Shown here one piece after another: positions 27,886 through 43,163 of a stretch of 64,000 bases of DNA; the first letter of the stretch is position 1; each line of letters begins with the position of its first letter. The notes below the pieces were generated by a model, which saw nothing but the letters and a program-made list of their open reading frames with translations, searched no databases and had not been told where the DNA came from. This stretch comes from Vicugna vicugna (Eukaryota). The stretch spans positions 64,591-128,590 of the forward strand of contig MU058039.1 of the NCBI GenBank assembly GCA_013265495.1, read 5' to 3'. The position numbers and the translations under genes are program-made.

Positions 27886-29574
27886 AGAAAGCTGACCTAA
27901 AATTAGTGGATTAGAGTCCAGGTAAAACAAGATGTGACTTGATAATTGTTGAAGCTAGTTAATGGGCACATGGACGTTTTTTATACTATTTAAATTCTAT
28001 TTTTGTGTACGTTTGGAAATTTCTGTATTAACAAGTTAAAACAAAAAGCTAACCTCATGCCTAATGGTGAAATACTAGACACGTTCATAGTAAAATCAGG
28101 AAGAAGGTACAGTATTATTTAACATTTTTTTTCTAAATCTACTAGAAAAACAGTACTGCATAGGAAACGACTAGAAAGCAATTGCTTTTTTTCTTCCCAT
28201 GATTTCTACTATCAAGCTGCTTTAGGGGCTAGTTGATTTCCTGCCCATGGATGAGTTTTTCAGTCAGTGTTGGATAATAAAATGTCCATGTCACTGAACT
28301 AATCAACACCATAAACTTTTATAAAAAAAAAAAAATTAAGCCTCCTGACTCCTTGAGCAGGAGCTTGCAGTGAGGTAGCCTTGTTGATTACTTTTCTTTC
28401 CTTTTCCTGAACTTCTCCTCTGTCCCACTAGGTATTCTGAACTCCCTGAGTTTGGGAGCAGGGGAAGGGAGAGAGTAAGGGATAAAAAAAAAGAATCCTA
28501 GTTGTATTGACACTGGTCCTCTCTTGCCTTGGGGCGTGTTCACATCTGACTTTTTGTGAAGAGAGGGCAGTGGCCTGCTCTAGCTGGCTGCCTGCAGTTC
28601 CCACACTCGGCCTTTGGGTGTTAGTCCCCCGTGGAGCCCATCTCTAGAGTGCAGGGTGTGCTACTGAAAATCCTCTTGGTAGACTTAGAATAACCTAACC
28701 CCAGGCCAGCTCCTACTGTGATGTCCAGTCCCAGGAGAGAATTAGGCCCCAGTCTTTGTGCCTTCTAACTGAGAACTCTCGTTATATTCCACGTGGAATC
28801 CTGATGGCACTGGGGTCCCCTCTTTTCTTTATGAGGTGGCATACCAGTGCTTTCCAAAAATGCATCTTTCTGTCAAAGACAACCTTCTCTCCTACACTGC
28901 GGCCTCCTCTCATACACTCTCAAATCTCTGAACTACCTTTGGAATAGATGTTGAATTGAACCAAGGGCACAAAATCAGTTTCCAGACAGCTTATTTTGCA
29001 CAATGCATAAGATAGCCGAGGTTTTTCACTGTGGAATCAGGATTCTGTGGCCCATGTTGTCTTGCTCTCCTTTTCCAGGGCCTCTCTTAAGCTGAGGATG
29101 AGAAAGGCATATTTTAACATCCTGTTAAAACTGAAAACTAGTGCAAATAATAAAATTCAAAAAGGTACAAAGTCAACATCCAGAAATCAGTAGACTTTGT
29201 ATGTTATAAAAAAAAAAGTGGAAGATACATTGGGAAAAGACACCATTTAATAAAAGCCATAAAAAATAATGTAAGACACCTAGGAATAATCTGAATAAGA
29301 AACATACATGATACATAAGAAGAAAAATTTTAAATGTTCCTGATGGATACAGACATTGACTTGAATAAACAAAGGTATTCTGTGTTGTAGGAAAGCAAGA
29401 TTCAACATCATAATCAAAGAATGTCTTAATCTACTCATTTTATGCAGTCGTGGGAAAAATACCAGTACAATTTTTAAACTGATCTACGTTCACATGGAAA
29501 CTTTTGAAAAAAAAGAGTATTGAGGGGGTTATTATCTTTTTAATCTAGCTAGTCAGGCTTCAGGGTCAGAACTT

Positions 29575-30520
29575 TTTTTTTAAATGATGTTATTTTTTAG
29601 AGCAGTTTTAGATTTACAGCAAATTTGAGAGGAAGATACAGTGATTTCCCATATACCTCCTGCCCCTGCACGTGCTTAGACCATTACTAACATCCCCCAC
29701 CAGAGTGGTACATTTGGTATGACTGATGAACCTACATTAACACATCATTATTAAAAAAAAAACACACATCATTATCACCCAAAGTCCATAGTTCACATCA
29801 GGTTTCATTCTTGGTGGTGTATAGTCCATGGGTTTGGACAAATGTATAATAACATGTATTATTACTGTGGTATCATAGAGACTAGTTTCACTGCCCAATA
29901 AGTCCTCTGTGCTTCACCTATTCATCCCTCTTTTCCCCCCTCCCCCCTAACCCCTGGCAACCACTGATCTTTTTACTGTCTCCATAGTTTTGCCTTTTCC
30001 AGAAAGTCATATATAGCTTTTCATATTGAAAATGGCAGACATGTATATGGCATGCATATATGGCATATATGTGGCAGATAAAGCCTTTCATATTAATTTC
30101 TTTCACTTAGTAATACGTCTTTTCATGTCTCCATAGCTCATTTCTTTTTATTGCTGAATAATGCCCCTTTGTCCAGATGTGCCACAGTTTATTTAACCAT
30201 TCGCCTACTGAGGGCCATCTTGTTCTTTCCCAAGTTTTTGCAGTTATGAATAAAACTACTATAAGCACCTGCACAAGTTTTTGTGTGACATAATTCTAAA
30301 ACTCCTTTGGGTAAATACCAAGGAACACAATTGCTGGATCATACGGTAAGAGTATGTTTAGTTTTGTAAGAAGCTGCCAAACTGTCTTCCAAAGTGTCTG
30401 TACCGTTTTGCATTTCCCCCAGAAGTGAATGAGAGTTCCTGTTTCTCTGCATCTTCGCCAACCCTTGGGGTTCTCAGTTTTCTGGACTTTGGCCATTCTA
30501 ATAGGTATGTAGTGGAGGGG
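29575..30520 (-). mobile_element. L1MA/MB-type 3' end
   Basis: ORF 30296-30550 contains LLPYDPAIVFLGIYPKE; T-rich tail at 29573. Confidence 0.8.
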
Positions 30521-31014
30521 TCTTTTTAGAATTAAGACAATAAAATACATTTTAAAATTATAATAAATAGAGAATGTGGTACTGACAAAAGAATAAATAG
30601 ATCACTGAGTCAAAACAGAACCACACACAAAAAAAGTAGAACCACAAATAAATCCCAACATGTATCTGTGATAATGGTAACATTTAAATCAGTAAGGAAA
30701 ATATATTCCATAGTCATCTGTTCTAAAGCTCACTTTTCTTTTCTCATTTCAGCATATCTCAAGTCAGGTTATATCTTAAATAGTTTCTTTCTTAGTGGCA
30801 TATAAAATAATGGTGCATTTTAAGTCCCATGAAATATTACATTATTCATGTGTGATTTTGTATACTTGAGTAGCCTCCTCTGGGGGAAAATTAAGTCGGA
30901 TTACCAACTCCTATCTTATACTAAAATAAAATTATAATTGATAATCTTAGTCTGCTGTCTTTTACCAAATAGTCTCATACCCAAATAAAATAATAATTGA
31001 TTAAAGACTTAAAT

Positions 31015-31256
31015 TTGTGGGGGAAGGATAAATTAGGAGTTTGGATTACCATATACACACTATTATATATACAATAGATAAACAAGGACCTACTGTATAG
31101 CAGAAGGAACTATACTCAGTATCTTGTAATAACCTATAATGTAAAAGAATCTGAAAAAGGATATGTGTGTATGTATAACTGAATCACTTTGCTGTACACC
31201 TGAAACTAATACAACATTGTAAATCAATTATACTTCAATTTTAAAAAAAGAGAAAA
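31015..31256 (+). mobile_element. 5'-truncated artiodactyl-type L1 3' end
   Basis: gataaattaggagtttgg...gaatcactttgctgtacacctgaaact...A tail; TSD aaagacttaaat on both sides. Confidence 0.85.
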
Positions 31257-32082
31257 AAAGACTTAAATGTAACAAATGAAAGTGTTAAAAGTTTTAGAAA
31301 AAAGAGACATTTATATAAATATGTATAGGTTAGAAACATCTTACCCCAAAACTAGAAGTGTTGGCATTTTGACTGTTTTGTGTGGCAAGAACACATAAGA
31401 AAAGTTACTATTTTTTAAAACAATAGAGCTAGAGCATCTAGAGTATAAGAATGAGGAGTGCCTCATTGTGGGTATGAGTGTGTGGTGGGGGGCGCTGACT
31501 GATTTTCTGGTGCCTGGGAGATGAGAAGGCTTGATTAGGGGAGCCTTTAGTTCCTCTGATTAGAGTGAACTGTGTTCCTGACCAAATGCACCATTTGGGT
31601 GAATCAGGCTTGGGGACCTGAGGGCTGCAGGGGAGCACTCTGCTCAGGGCCGATCATAGCAGCTCTGTCTTAGGTTCAGAGCAAAACATCACTGGAACGG
31701 GGCAAGGTGCTGCCTGAATCACTTGGCTGTCAAGTGATTGCCCAAGTGAAGGAGAGGGAACCTGGATTGCCTGGGTGAAGGAGAGGGAATCTCAGTCTGT
31801 ATTCCTTTGGATCTGCTAGCCGGGATCCTTCTTGTTACAGCTGCAGCCTGGAGATTCTGGGGTTGAGGAAGGAGTAGGATTTATTCCATGCTCCCACTAA
31901 CTAGAGTTCTATCAATGGACCAAGGGAGATGGAGGTAGTTTTGCCTGGACAGTCTGAGGACTGTAAGGCCAGTGTGATTTCTAGAACTTTCCTTTGCTTC
32001 ACCAGGCCTGCCTTCTCAGAACACTATCCTTTTTCAGGAGAACAGCCCCAAGGAGGACTGATCATCTACAGTATTGAAAGCC

Positions 32083-32091
32083 ATGGCCCAG
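32083..32091 (+). CDS. ZNF383: ZNF383 start-codon exon (MAQ)
   Basis: Strong Kozak gccATGGCCCAG|gtgagt, phase 0; candidate acceptors at 32005 and 32037. Confidence 0.85.
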
Positions 32092-33045
32092 GTGAGTTAG
32101 TTGTTGTTCTTTCTTACCTTCCCGACACTCAGTTCTTTTTAAGAAAAAAAAAAATTTTAAGGGCATGTGAGCATTTGCTATCTTTCTCCTGACATTTCTG
32201 GCTATCAGGGTCCCCCTTCAGGATCGTGGTTCCCATTTCCTCTCATTGTTGCTAGATAATCCTGTGCCACACCTACACACCTGCTTCTTTTGACCCAGCC
32301 TTAGTATTTTCATTCAGTAAACAACTGAGCATCTCTTTCCTCAGTCCTCTCCCAGGGACTATGATGGAGGGGAAATGCATTTTCTTAAAGGAAACAAGAG
32401 TAGATTTATAGAATGAACTTGTCCTGTCTGTATGGTGATTTGATGAGGTGGAGGTATGAGTTGCTTAGCTCAGAGCAAACATGGAAAAGCCAAGATTATC
32501 TCTACAGATCAGATGGGAGGTGGTGTTGGTAGCTCCAAATGTTAGATTGTTGCAAGATCTCCTGTTTTATAACGCTTGGAGGCCTGTTGGGTGGGAACTG
32601 ATACAGACAGATCTCTGGAACTCTGTTAGGATATCCATGAGAGAAGTCCAGTTTAAGGTTGAGCAGGAAGTGTGGGTCATGAGAGTTTCCATCTGAATCA
32701 CCAGTTTTCTTTATCTCAGAAATAATGATAGTATTGATGGATGATTACAGTGAGTTCAGCCAGTTCATAAATTACTGAGATCATACTATAAGAGCTCAGA
32801 AGAACCTTCTAAATCTCACCCAGTAATATCTATATTGTAGAAAATTCTGGTGTCAGAAAAATAATTATTAAAGATTTGTATTAACAGGAAATTATTCTTA
32901 TAACCATAAGGCACAAGAGAAACTAGAGTTTATGAGAGTCTTTAAAATTATATGCTGTTTCAGAAATATTGCTCTTCTTAAAATGTATTTGTCAAATTTT
33001 ACATGTTAATAATTCAAGGAGCATTAATGGAATCACATCATCACG

Positions 33046-33980
33046 TATGAAATATTCTTGACAAAAAAATCCCAACTGAATCTGATCAAGTTTCTGGACT
33101 CACCACTTCATCCTACTCCATAAAGGCAGGCACTCATCTCTTTTAGCGGTATCCAGTGAATTTAACTGTATTTTAAATTAATATTCCTATGATGCTATTT
33201 CTTGATTAATTAATTTTTAGACATTTTCTAGTTTTTTACTTGCAAGGTGTGTGTGGATTTAGATATGCTATATCTCACTCTCTACTGCCTTTCCTCACAA
33301 CAGAGTTATATCACAATTTTGTTTAAATCAATGCTATATACACGTTTGCAACTATTCTCTACCACCCCTCTTTAGAAAACTTTATTATAATAAATTCCAG
33401 ACACAGAAAAGTGGAGTAGTCTTATGAGCTACCATATGCTCACCATTAAGTTTTAATAATTATCTACTCACAGTCAGTCTTGTTTCATGCATGCCTCTTC
33501 CTGTTTCTTCCATGCACACTGCCTACCCTCACTCCCACACATAGGATTATTTTGAAGGAAATTGGTATGTAACTCTAAAAGATAAGGATTCTTTTTTAAA
33601 AGAAGATTCCTTATGCCATTATTGCATCTGAAAAAGTTAAAGATAATTTGTTAATGTCATCAATATCCCGTGTTCACATTTTCATAATTGTCTGATGTTT
33701 TAATTATTTATTTGTATTAGAATCCAGATAAGGACTGTGCACTGTAGTTGGTTGATATGTCTCTTGAATCTCTTACTTTGTAGGTACCCCTTCCGTCTCT
33801 CTTCTATCTGTGCAGTTTTTAGTTTGTTGTTGTTCGAAAAGAAAAAATTGATTTGTCCACTGTTTGGATTTTGCTGATTTCTTCTCTGTGGTATCATCTG
33901 AGTCTTTCCTGCAAATCACTCATTAGATCTAGAAACTTGATCAGATTCAGTTGGGATTTTTTTGTCAAGAATATTTCATA
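33046..33980. repeat. Perfect 50-bp inverted repeat (33046-33095 / 33931-33980)
   Basis: tatgaaatattcttgacaaaaaaatcccaactgaatctgatcaagtttct and its exact reverse complement. Confidence 0.92.
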
Positions 33981-34790
33981 GGTGGTGATGTGTGAGTCCA
34001 TTAGGAGACATGTTATTTCTGATTCTCTTTCCTTTTTTAATGTTAACCACCAATGATTATTATTGTCTAGATTCATTAATTCGTTAGTGGTTTCAAAATG
34101 ATGTTTTAATTCTGTCATTCCGTCTTCATAGATTAGGTAGAGTACTATCTGTAAAGTTAAATGTCTTATCAACTGTTTGGTTACCCTGAAAGACAGTTTG
34201 TATGGGAACGGATGTTTGATTCTTGCCCTTTGTTTTCCAGTGTTTAAAATAATGAGTTGGTTTCTTAGACTTCTATAAAGATAACTAGTGATTTTTTAAT
34301 TCAGTATAGTTATGAACTCATAGATTTAAGTATTTTTGGTCTGATCAGTCCATTATATTTCCTCTTCACTTTATATCATCTTTGGCCAGTGGGAGGCACT
34401 TCAAGTTGTCTCCCAAGCCCTTTTAATATGATTCTAATAGTTTTTGATCACTCTCTTGCTTTCTGATATAGCAGAATGTTCAGACTCATTCTGTGTATTT
34501 CTGATTCAATCCTGAAATTGTCCCTTTCCCCAAAGAACTTTGGTTCCTTTTTATTTGAATATGGTACTTAGAGGTTACAATCTAGATAGTAGGGATGCTC
34601 ATTGCCACTGGGTTAAAAGGCCTTTTCTGTGGACTGAGTCAAATTTTTTTTAATATAAAATACACTGATAACTCTTGCATCTAATTCTAGGATCCAGAGA
34701 TTCTGGTTCTCAGTGATACCAGTATAATTGCTCATTCGCTTTACCCCACAATGCAAGCATGACAGTCATGATGTTTATTTTGTGACCACA
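33375..34790 (-). mobile_element. Old L1ME/MC-type 3' region
   Basis: Diverged minus-strand L1M 3'UTR motifs (ggttgatatgtctcttgaatctc; gatgctcattgccactggg). Confidence 0.6.
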
Positions 34791-34795
34791 GGTAA

Positions 34796-34999
<204 letters not shown>

Positions 35000-35246
35000 T
35001 GACTTTCTCATCTGCTTTTCGAGTTACCGGCTGAGTTTTTGCTCCCTGTCCCCAAATGAATGGTTTGAGCTGAAATGATAAGGAAGAGTGGGAAATGGGC
35101 ACCTCCAATTGGCCGTGGCTGAGCCTCTTCTTCCTCCTTTGACTGTTCCTGTGGTGGCATCTCTTCCTTGATCATCAAGGGACTGGATCTTATTTCTGGA
35201 TCTGATTTACCCACAGCATAACCATGTTCCGTATCTTTTCTTGTGA

Positions 35247-35351
<105 letters not shown>

Positions 35352-35791
35352 TGAGAGACGGTTGGGAGTGAGAAGCAAGGCATCACGGGTAATTACTCAG
35401 CCCATAAGTGGAGAAACAGCACCTTCGAGATGTTATCTTGGAAGCTCCCATCAAAACTGTAGGCCTGTGGGGAAAACTAAGCCTTTTTAGCACGAGTTTA
35501 CAAGTGACCTGTTTCATTCCTCCTTTTGCTTACTGGGCTTTCTACTTCTCTTCTCCCAGACCACAAATATTTTCAGGTAGAAGGTGTCCTTTACTTCCCC
35601 TACAGAGAAAACTTACCCATATTTTAGAATCAGTTCCTTGCTGGCTTTTCTTCCTCTCCAACTCATCTCAGTGTTCTATCACCACTCCCAAAATAACACA
35701 CGTCTGTGTGTGTGCCTGTGTGCGTGTCTGCATTACCCTTCCCCTCTAAGTACCAGTCTTCACTATAGCTGCCTGCCAATGACTTATTTTT

Positions 35792-35891
35792 TTTCAATTG
35801 AGTTATAGTCAGTTTACAATGTTGTGTCAATTTCTGGTGTGCAGCACAATTTTTCAGTCATACATGAATATACATATATTCATTTTCATAT
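35792..35891 (-). mobile_element. Very short (~100 bp) L1 3'-terminal insertion
   Basis: Same terminus as other young L1 ends here; TSD ccaatgacttattttt at 35776 and 35892. Confidence 0.85.
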
Positions 35892-36289
35892 CCAATGACT
35901 TATTTTTTCAGTTTGTTGTGCATTTTTCCTTTCTCCAGTATTTTTGGTTTCCTAAATTTGTGGAACAAAGTCTGCCGTATGCTGCAGTTTGCTAATTGTG
36001 TCAGCCATTAAGAACTGGGAGCCAAACAATGGTGCCAAAATATACCCGTGAACAGCTTTCACAGAGTAGAATCTAGTAAAAGAAATTGACAGGGATCTTA
36101 GCAGAAAGTCAGGGGCTAAGTATGCAGAAGTAGAATGAATTCATACTGAAATAGCAGTTGGAGCCTTGCAAGTAATGGCAGTCACCGTCTGTAGTGACAA
36201 TGTTGGGAAAAACAGAAAGCTCTCAGCCTAGGTGGGGAAGGCAGAGGTGGCAGAGGAGCAGAGATCTGGTATAGAGCAGGGTGACCTGG

Positions 36290-37650
36290 GGAGTTCTTAC
36301 TGAAACTCTGCTATGTACTAAACGTTGGTCCTGATGCTGCGATTACAGGATTGAACAAAACAAAGCTCTGTTCTTCTGAAGTCTATATTCTAGAGGATGA
36401 GAGAGGAAAAAAATACCAGCTGGTGATAAGTGCTATGAAGGGAGGTGGAGAAGGCCCATCTGAAGACGTGGTGTTTTACTCAAGACCTGAAGGAAGTGAG
36501 GGAACAAGTAATGTAAATATCTGTTAGACGAGATTCAAGCAAAAGGAACAGGAAGATCAAAGTCCCTGAGTTGGGAGCTTTTTGGCCCTTACCCTTGTGG
36601 CTGGAGCAGAGTGAGCAAGGCGGGAATTGTGTGAAAAGGGCCAGCAAAGTCTCAGGGTGTCTCTGTGTCTGGGCTGAGTGCAGGCAGGAGGAAGAGTGTA
36701 CCTGCAGATGATTCTGGGTCCTGGTGGCCTTGGTATGGGCTTTGAATTCTATTCTGAATGAGACATAAAGCCATTCTATTCTGAATGAGATGATTTGAGC
36801 AGGGGAGTGTGACGTCATCTTTTTAAAGGATCTCTCCAACTCAGGTTGCTAATATTGGATTCCTTTGGATAGGATTTAGGGAATTCACGAACTTGGATAA
36901 GAAGAAAAGGTGCATCTTTATATTTAGTCACCCCTAATTGAAATTTTGCATTTCTTCCTGTTATGGTGTATGCAACAAACTGTAGTAGTATTTAGTTCTT
37001 GTGACTTTGATGTGAATGGAAATCACAGATATTTTTGTATCATTTTACTATACTTGTAGACATCCTGAAATGTCATTTGTGCTCATGACTATTTCAGAAT
37101 GATTTTAATGCCAGGCTCACCACTAGGTTTTTGTGCTAATAAAACTATTTAATGTGCTAAAGAAGAAGAAAACTCCAGGCAGGGGGAAGAACCCCTATGA
37201 AGGCCCTTCCGGGAGGGGAAAGCTTGGTGTGTTTGAAGAACTGAAAGAAGGCCAGTGTTGCTGGGCCCCCTGAGCAAGTGAGAGTGGAATATGAGTCGAG
37301 GTTGGAGAGACAAGTGGGAACCACGCCGTTCAGCCTTTGCCAGAGATTATAAGGAGTTTGGATTTTGAACAGTGGAAGCCCAGGCCAAATGTCATTTTAG
37401 TCCCTGAATACATTAAAGAGTTTGAGAACTTGGTGGAGAGACTGGCTTAGGAGGCTCCTTGAGTCGTCTGAGTAAGAGATGATTCTGGTTTGGAGGAGGG
37501 TATTGGCAGTGGAGATAGACAAGGACAGTTTTAAAAAGTTGCTGAGGAGCTTAGATAGATGAAAGTTGCTGAAAGATCCTATGGAGGTAGGAGAAAAAAG
37601 AGTATGCTGGAATGAAGTCCCTGTTTCTGGCTTGAGATGTCCAGTAGGCT
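36290..37650. mobile_element. L2 fragments (~36290-36840, ~37180-37650) with an hAT/Charlie-like fragment between (~36845-37160)
   Basis: L2-like motifs (aagacctgaagga...ccctgag...gtggctggagcagagtgagc); the middle segment resembles non-autonomous hAT sequence. Confidence 0.6.
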
Positions 37651-38219
37651 CCATTTTGATGTCTTGAAATTATTTAATTTGCCTAATATCTCTATTTTTG
37701 ATCAATTCTTTCATAATGTTAGCTATCAAATACTGAAAGACATCTCCTTACACTTTTCCTCACCCTTCCCATAATCATGAATTAAGGATTATCTCCCTTT
37801 TACAGATGAAGAAATGGGGCCTAGAAAGGTTAGATAATTGCCTGGGAACCTGTAGGAACTGTCAGTGTTGGAAACTCAGCTGTCATCAGTCTGCTTCTGA
37901 CTCCTGTCATCTTTCCTCGGCAGTATCTCGCTCCATGTCTGTTTTAACTTGTCTGTCTTAAACTCCATCTGCCTCCCATCACAGCCACTACAATGCTACA
38001 TGATCAAGTCTCTCTCTTCTCCCAAGATCAGCATCACAAAATTCCAAGCAAACAGTATTTTCCCGGAATCCCCAGCATATAGCATATTCTGAGTCTTCCC
38101 TGTCTGCCACTCACATCAGATTAGTTCTGTACCTTAGACTGATCTCAGGTTATTCCCCCATGTGGCTAACCCTCCGTAATCTCTTTCAAACTGCATCCAA
38201 CATAGCCTTTATTGTGGAC

Positions 38220-38945
38220 CCTGTTCTGTTTTCACCTCAGCTGAGTGTGCTGTGGTTTAATTCTGACACTGACTACCCAGAGTTAGCATAGACCCCACAG
38301 GTTAGCAGCCAGTCCTGCACAAGACTGCCCTCACTTCTGGCACAAGCTGCAAGTCTCAGGGGGTCCTTAGACCACCCACACTTCTGACCAACTGGCTTTA
38401 AAAGATGCAGGGATTTCCATGGCCCCCTCGGGCTCAATAATTTGCTAGAATGATTCACAGAACTCAGGAAAGCTCTACACTTGAAATTGCAATTTTACTA
38501 TGAAGAAATCATATCAGGCAAGTTCTGGTAGGCTTCCAGATGCAGAGGTTCCACACCCTGTCTCTGTGGTCTGTGGAGTCAAAGTATGTCACCCCCTTAA
38601 GCACATTAATGTGTTCACCAACCAGAAAGCTCTACTGAGCTTTGGTATCCAGAGTTTTTATTGGGGCCGAAATACATCGGCATGATTGATTAAGTCATTG
38701 GCCACTCAGTCCCTGGCCTCTCTCTCCTCCCCAGAGGTCAAGTAGCTGAAAGTCCCAACCCTCTAACCATATGCTGGGTCTTTCTAGTGACCAGTCCCCA
38801 TCCTAAAACTATCAAGGGACACACCACACCGTGAGTCGCCTCATTAGCATAACAAACCACCACCATCACTCAGGAAATTCCAAGGCTTTTTGAAGCTCTT
38901 TTAGTTGCTGAGGACAAAGACCAAATGTGTATCTTATACCATAGA
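38220..38945 (-). mobile_element. MER21-like LTR
   Basis: aattctgacact.actacccagagttagcatagaccccacagg...aatttgctagaatg..cacagaactcagga...cactcaggaaattccaagg motifs. Confidence 0.75.
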
Positions 38946-39369
38946 GCCCAAGAATCTTCCCCTGTGTGCATTTATTCCTCTCAGGAGACCTTTCATGGTG
39001 GTAAAAAATTATCCAGTTTCTGTAATACATATAGTGTGATATACTCTGTTTCTTAAATACAAATACAAGCTTATCTTATATATATAGATGTATATAAAAC
39101 ATATAACAAGTCATCTGAAGAGTTGTATGCTGAAGCATTGAGGAGTTACCAGCCTTTCCAGATGATTCTGATCCATGTCAGTATCTGAGAATCATTGTGG
39201 TTCCGTTTCCATAGTCTCCTCCCTCTGCTTCCTGCATTATAGCTCAGTAATTTCTATGCATTTCTTCTCCATTTTTTCAGATTAAACAGATACACTTGAG
39301 AACTGTGTGTTATTTATGACCAGATATGATTTTCACTTTAATGTTTCCATTTCTATTATAAAAGTTTAA

Positions 39370-40617
<1,248 letters not shown>

Positions 40618-43163
40618 TTAAAGTTAAAGCTCTTGTCGCCTTCCTGATATTTTACTCAAACAAAAATAATGCTTGATAGTTACCTTCTTTCACTATTTTT
40701 TGTTTCTTAATTTTATTTCTCTTTTTAATCCAGATCTATCTTACTCAAAGTTGTGAATTCAGATTCTAAATTGACACTTGTCCACCCTTTTTCTCCAGCC
40801 CCCCAACTTGCTAATGGCTGTTCAATAATTCTTTTCTTCCCTATTATTTTGTTCTACCTTCTGGGTGATATGTTATATTCCTGTTTATATTTGCTTGAGT
40901 TTCAGGGCTACTCTTTCTTCTCTGATCTACATATTTGTGCTTATACCAACATCATACTGTTTAAATTGTATGACCTTGTACTTTTTAATTCCTTATAGAA
41001 TTATAACTGTTTTTGAGTCTGTTAATTTTTTTGTTTCATTTCACAAATTTATATTTTCTTGTTATAAAACAGAATATCAGAAAACAAGAAACTGAAAAGC
41101 CAAGATTAATTGTAATCATACCAACTACAGATGACTACTCTCAAGTTGGTAGAGCAAGTCCTACCAGACTTTGTTTGGTTTTAAAGAAAATATACTCATG
41201 GTACTTATGTTGTACTTTCATCTGCTTTTATAGTGCCAGAAAGTATTATTGCCACTTCAGTAAATATAGATTTTTATTATTTTTATTGATATATTGAATG
41301 ACTTTTAAAAATGACCTTATTTTTCATGTTATGTTTGCATCTAATTATTTGTCATTATATGCAGTGATTAATATGAACCAACATTTATCTTTGGATGCTT
41401 GCTTTTTTCCTTTTATAACATCTATTTTAATTGCTGAAAGTATCCACATTTTCTCTTCATAAACTGTTTTGTTCCTTTTCATCAACCCTAACTGCAGTCC
41501 TCATACTAGAAAGTAACTAACCACTGTTACCAATATTATTTATCCTTCTAGAATTGTTTTTATTTTTTACTTGTATATTTTAGTAACTTTTTTTTATGTC
41601 TTAGTACATGTAATCCTGCCATTATGTATTGGTTTGTTGTGAGGGTGCCATGAATTAATAAAGTGCTTAGAACTATTCCTATCATGTAGTAAATGTTTAG
41701 TAAAAGTTGTCCACTATTATCATTGATACACATATTTTCATAATTGTCTTCATTATGTTTGTGGAAAGGATTTTAACCATGTTGTTTACCTTTGTCTAAA
41801 TCAAAGAATTCATAATGGAAAAAGAGAAATGGGAGTTAATGAAGATAGGAAAGCTTTTCCCATCACTCATTATTCAACATGGAATTTCAAAAGGGAAAGA
41901 AGAAGTATGTGTGGGTAGTCTACATTCAAACTTCACTTTTTATGCTGCACAAAGATTAATGCCTGTCTGAAACCCTGTGGAGATAATGATGGGTAGTCGA
42001 AAGTACAGCTGTCAAATAAGCAGGAAGAGATGAGAATATTTTTCCTAGTCACTGGCTCCCCACAAAGCAAAAAATATACAGGCCACATTCTTCGACCAGA
42101 ATGGAGGAGAGACAGTAACAAAAGGACATCCAGCAAATATCTGAGTATTAATTCAGGGTCTTCTCTTGATTAACATGGGTTAAGGAACTAAATCCTTGAC
42201 ATACATGTTATTTAAATGTGAGTGAATATGAGAACACAAATGAAAAACCTGTCTGACTGGCAGCCAAAGTTGTATTGGAAGTTTTATAACCCAATATTCA
42301 TGCATACATTAGAATACTAGAAAGATCATTAATAAAAATCAATATAGAACCCAAAGAGCTAAAACTAGCAAAAATAAATCTAAAAAGTGGATAGAGAAAG
42401 GCATTATTAGTTATACAATGCAGAAATAAATGACAGAAGAAAGTAAACAGTCTAGAAAATTTTATTATTTGAAAAAAGTAGACAAACTAGTGACTCAGGT
42501 GGGGAAGTACAGATGATAAATAAACAGCTCTGTGAATGAGAAATCAAAATAACTGCATATTTAAATTTAAAAGGTTATCTTTTTTAGTGATTAAAATGTT
42601 CTAGGGTTAGTGGTGTAGGTTGCACAACCTTGTGAATATATTAAAAACTGCTGAACAGAAATACTTTTAAAAGGTGATTCTTACAGTATATTAATTTTCT
42701 CTCAACCTGAAAACTGAAAAGTAAGTACTAGAGACACTTTTATAATAAATCTGGACAGAGCATGTGTGATTTTTATAAAGAAATTGGATTGGCTTGATAT
42801 CAGAATTCACTAGAGAAGAAATGTAAAATCTTAATAGATGCCTCTCTGAAAGGAACATTTGAAAGTTAAACCAAAAAATACTTTAAATGTCACACAGCAA
42901 CACTAACGATACCAAGTTAGATATATTTATAGGTCAAACTATGAAATGTTTCAGGAACTCTTCCAGGATGTAGGCTGAGGTAGCAAGTTACCTGTTTTTA
43001 TGAATCTGTCATAATTCTAATGATAAAACTTGCTAGGAGAACGCAAGCAGGCAATCTGCCCAGAATCAGATATGAAAATAATGCAATGTTAAATATTAGC
43101 AAATCGAATCTAGTGATCTATTGAAATAAATATTTGTCACAATCTGAGTTTTGGAACAAAACA

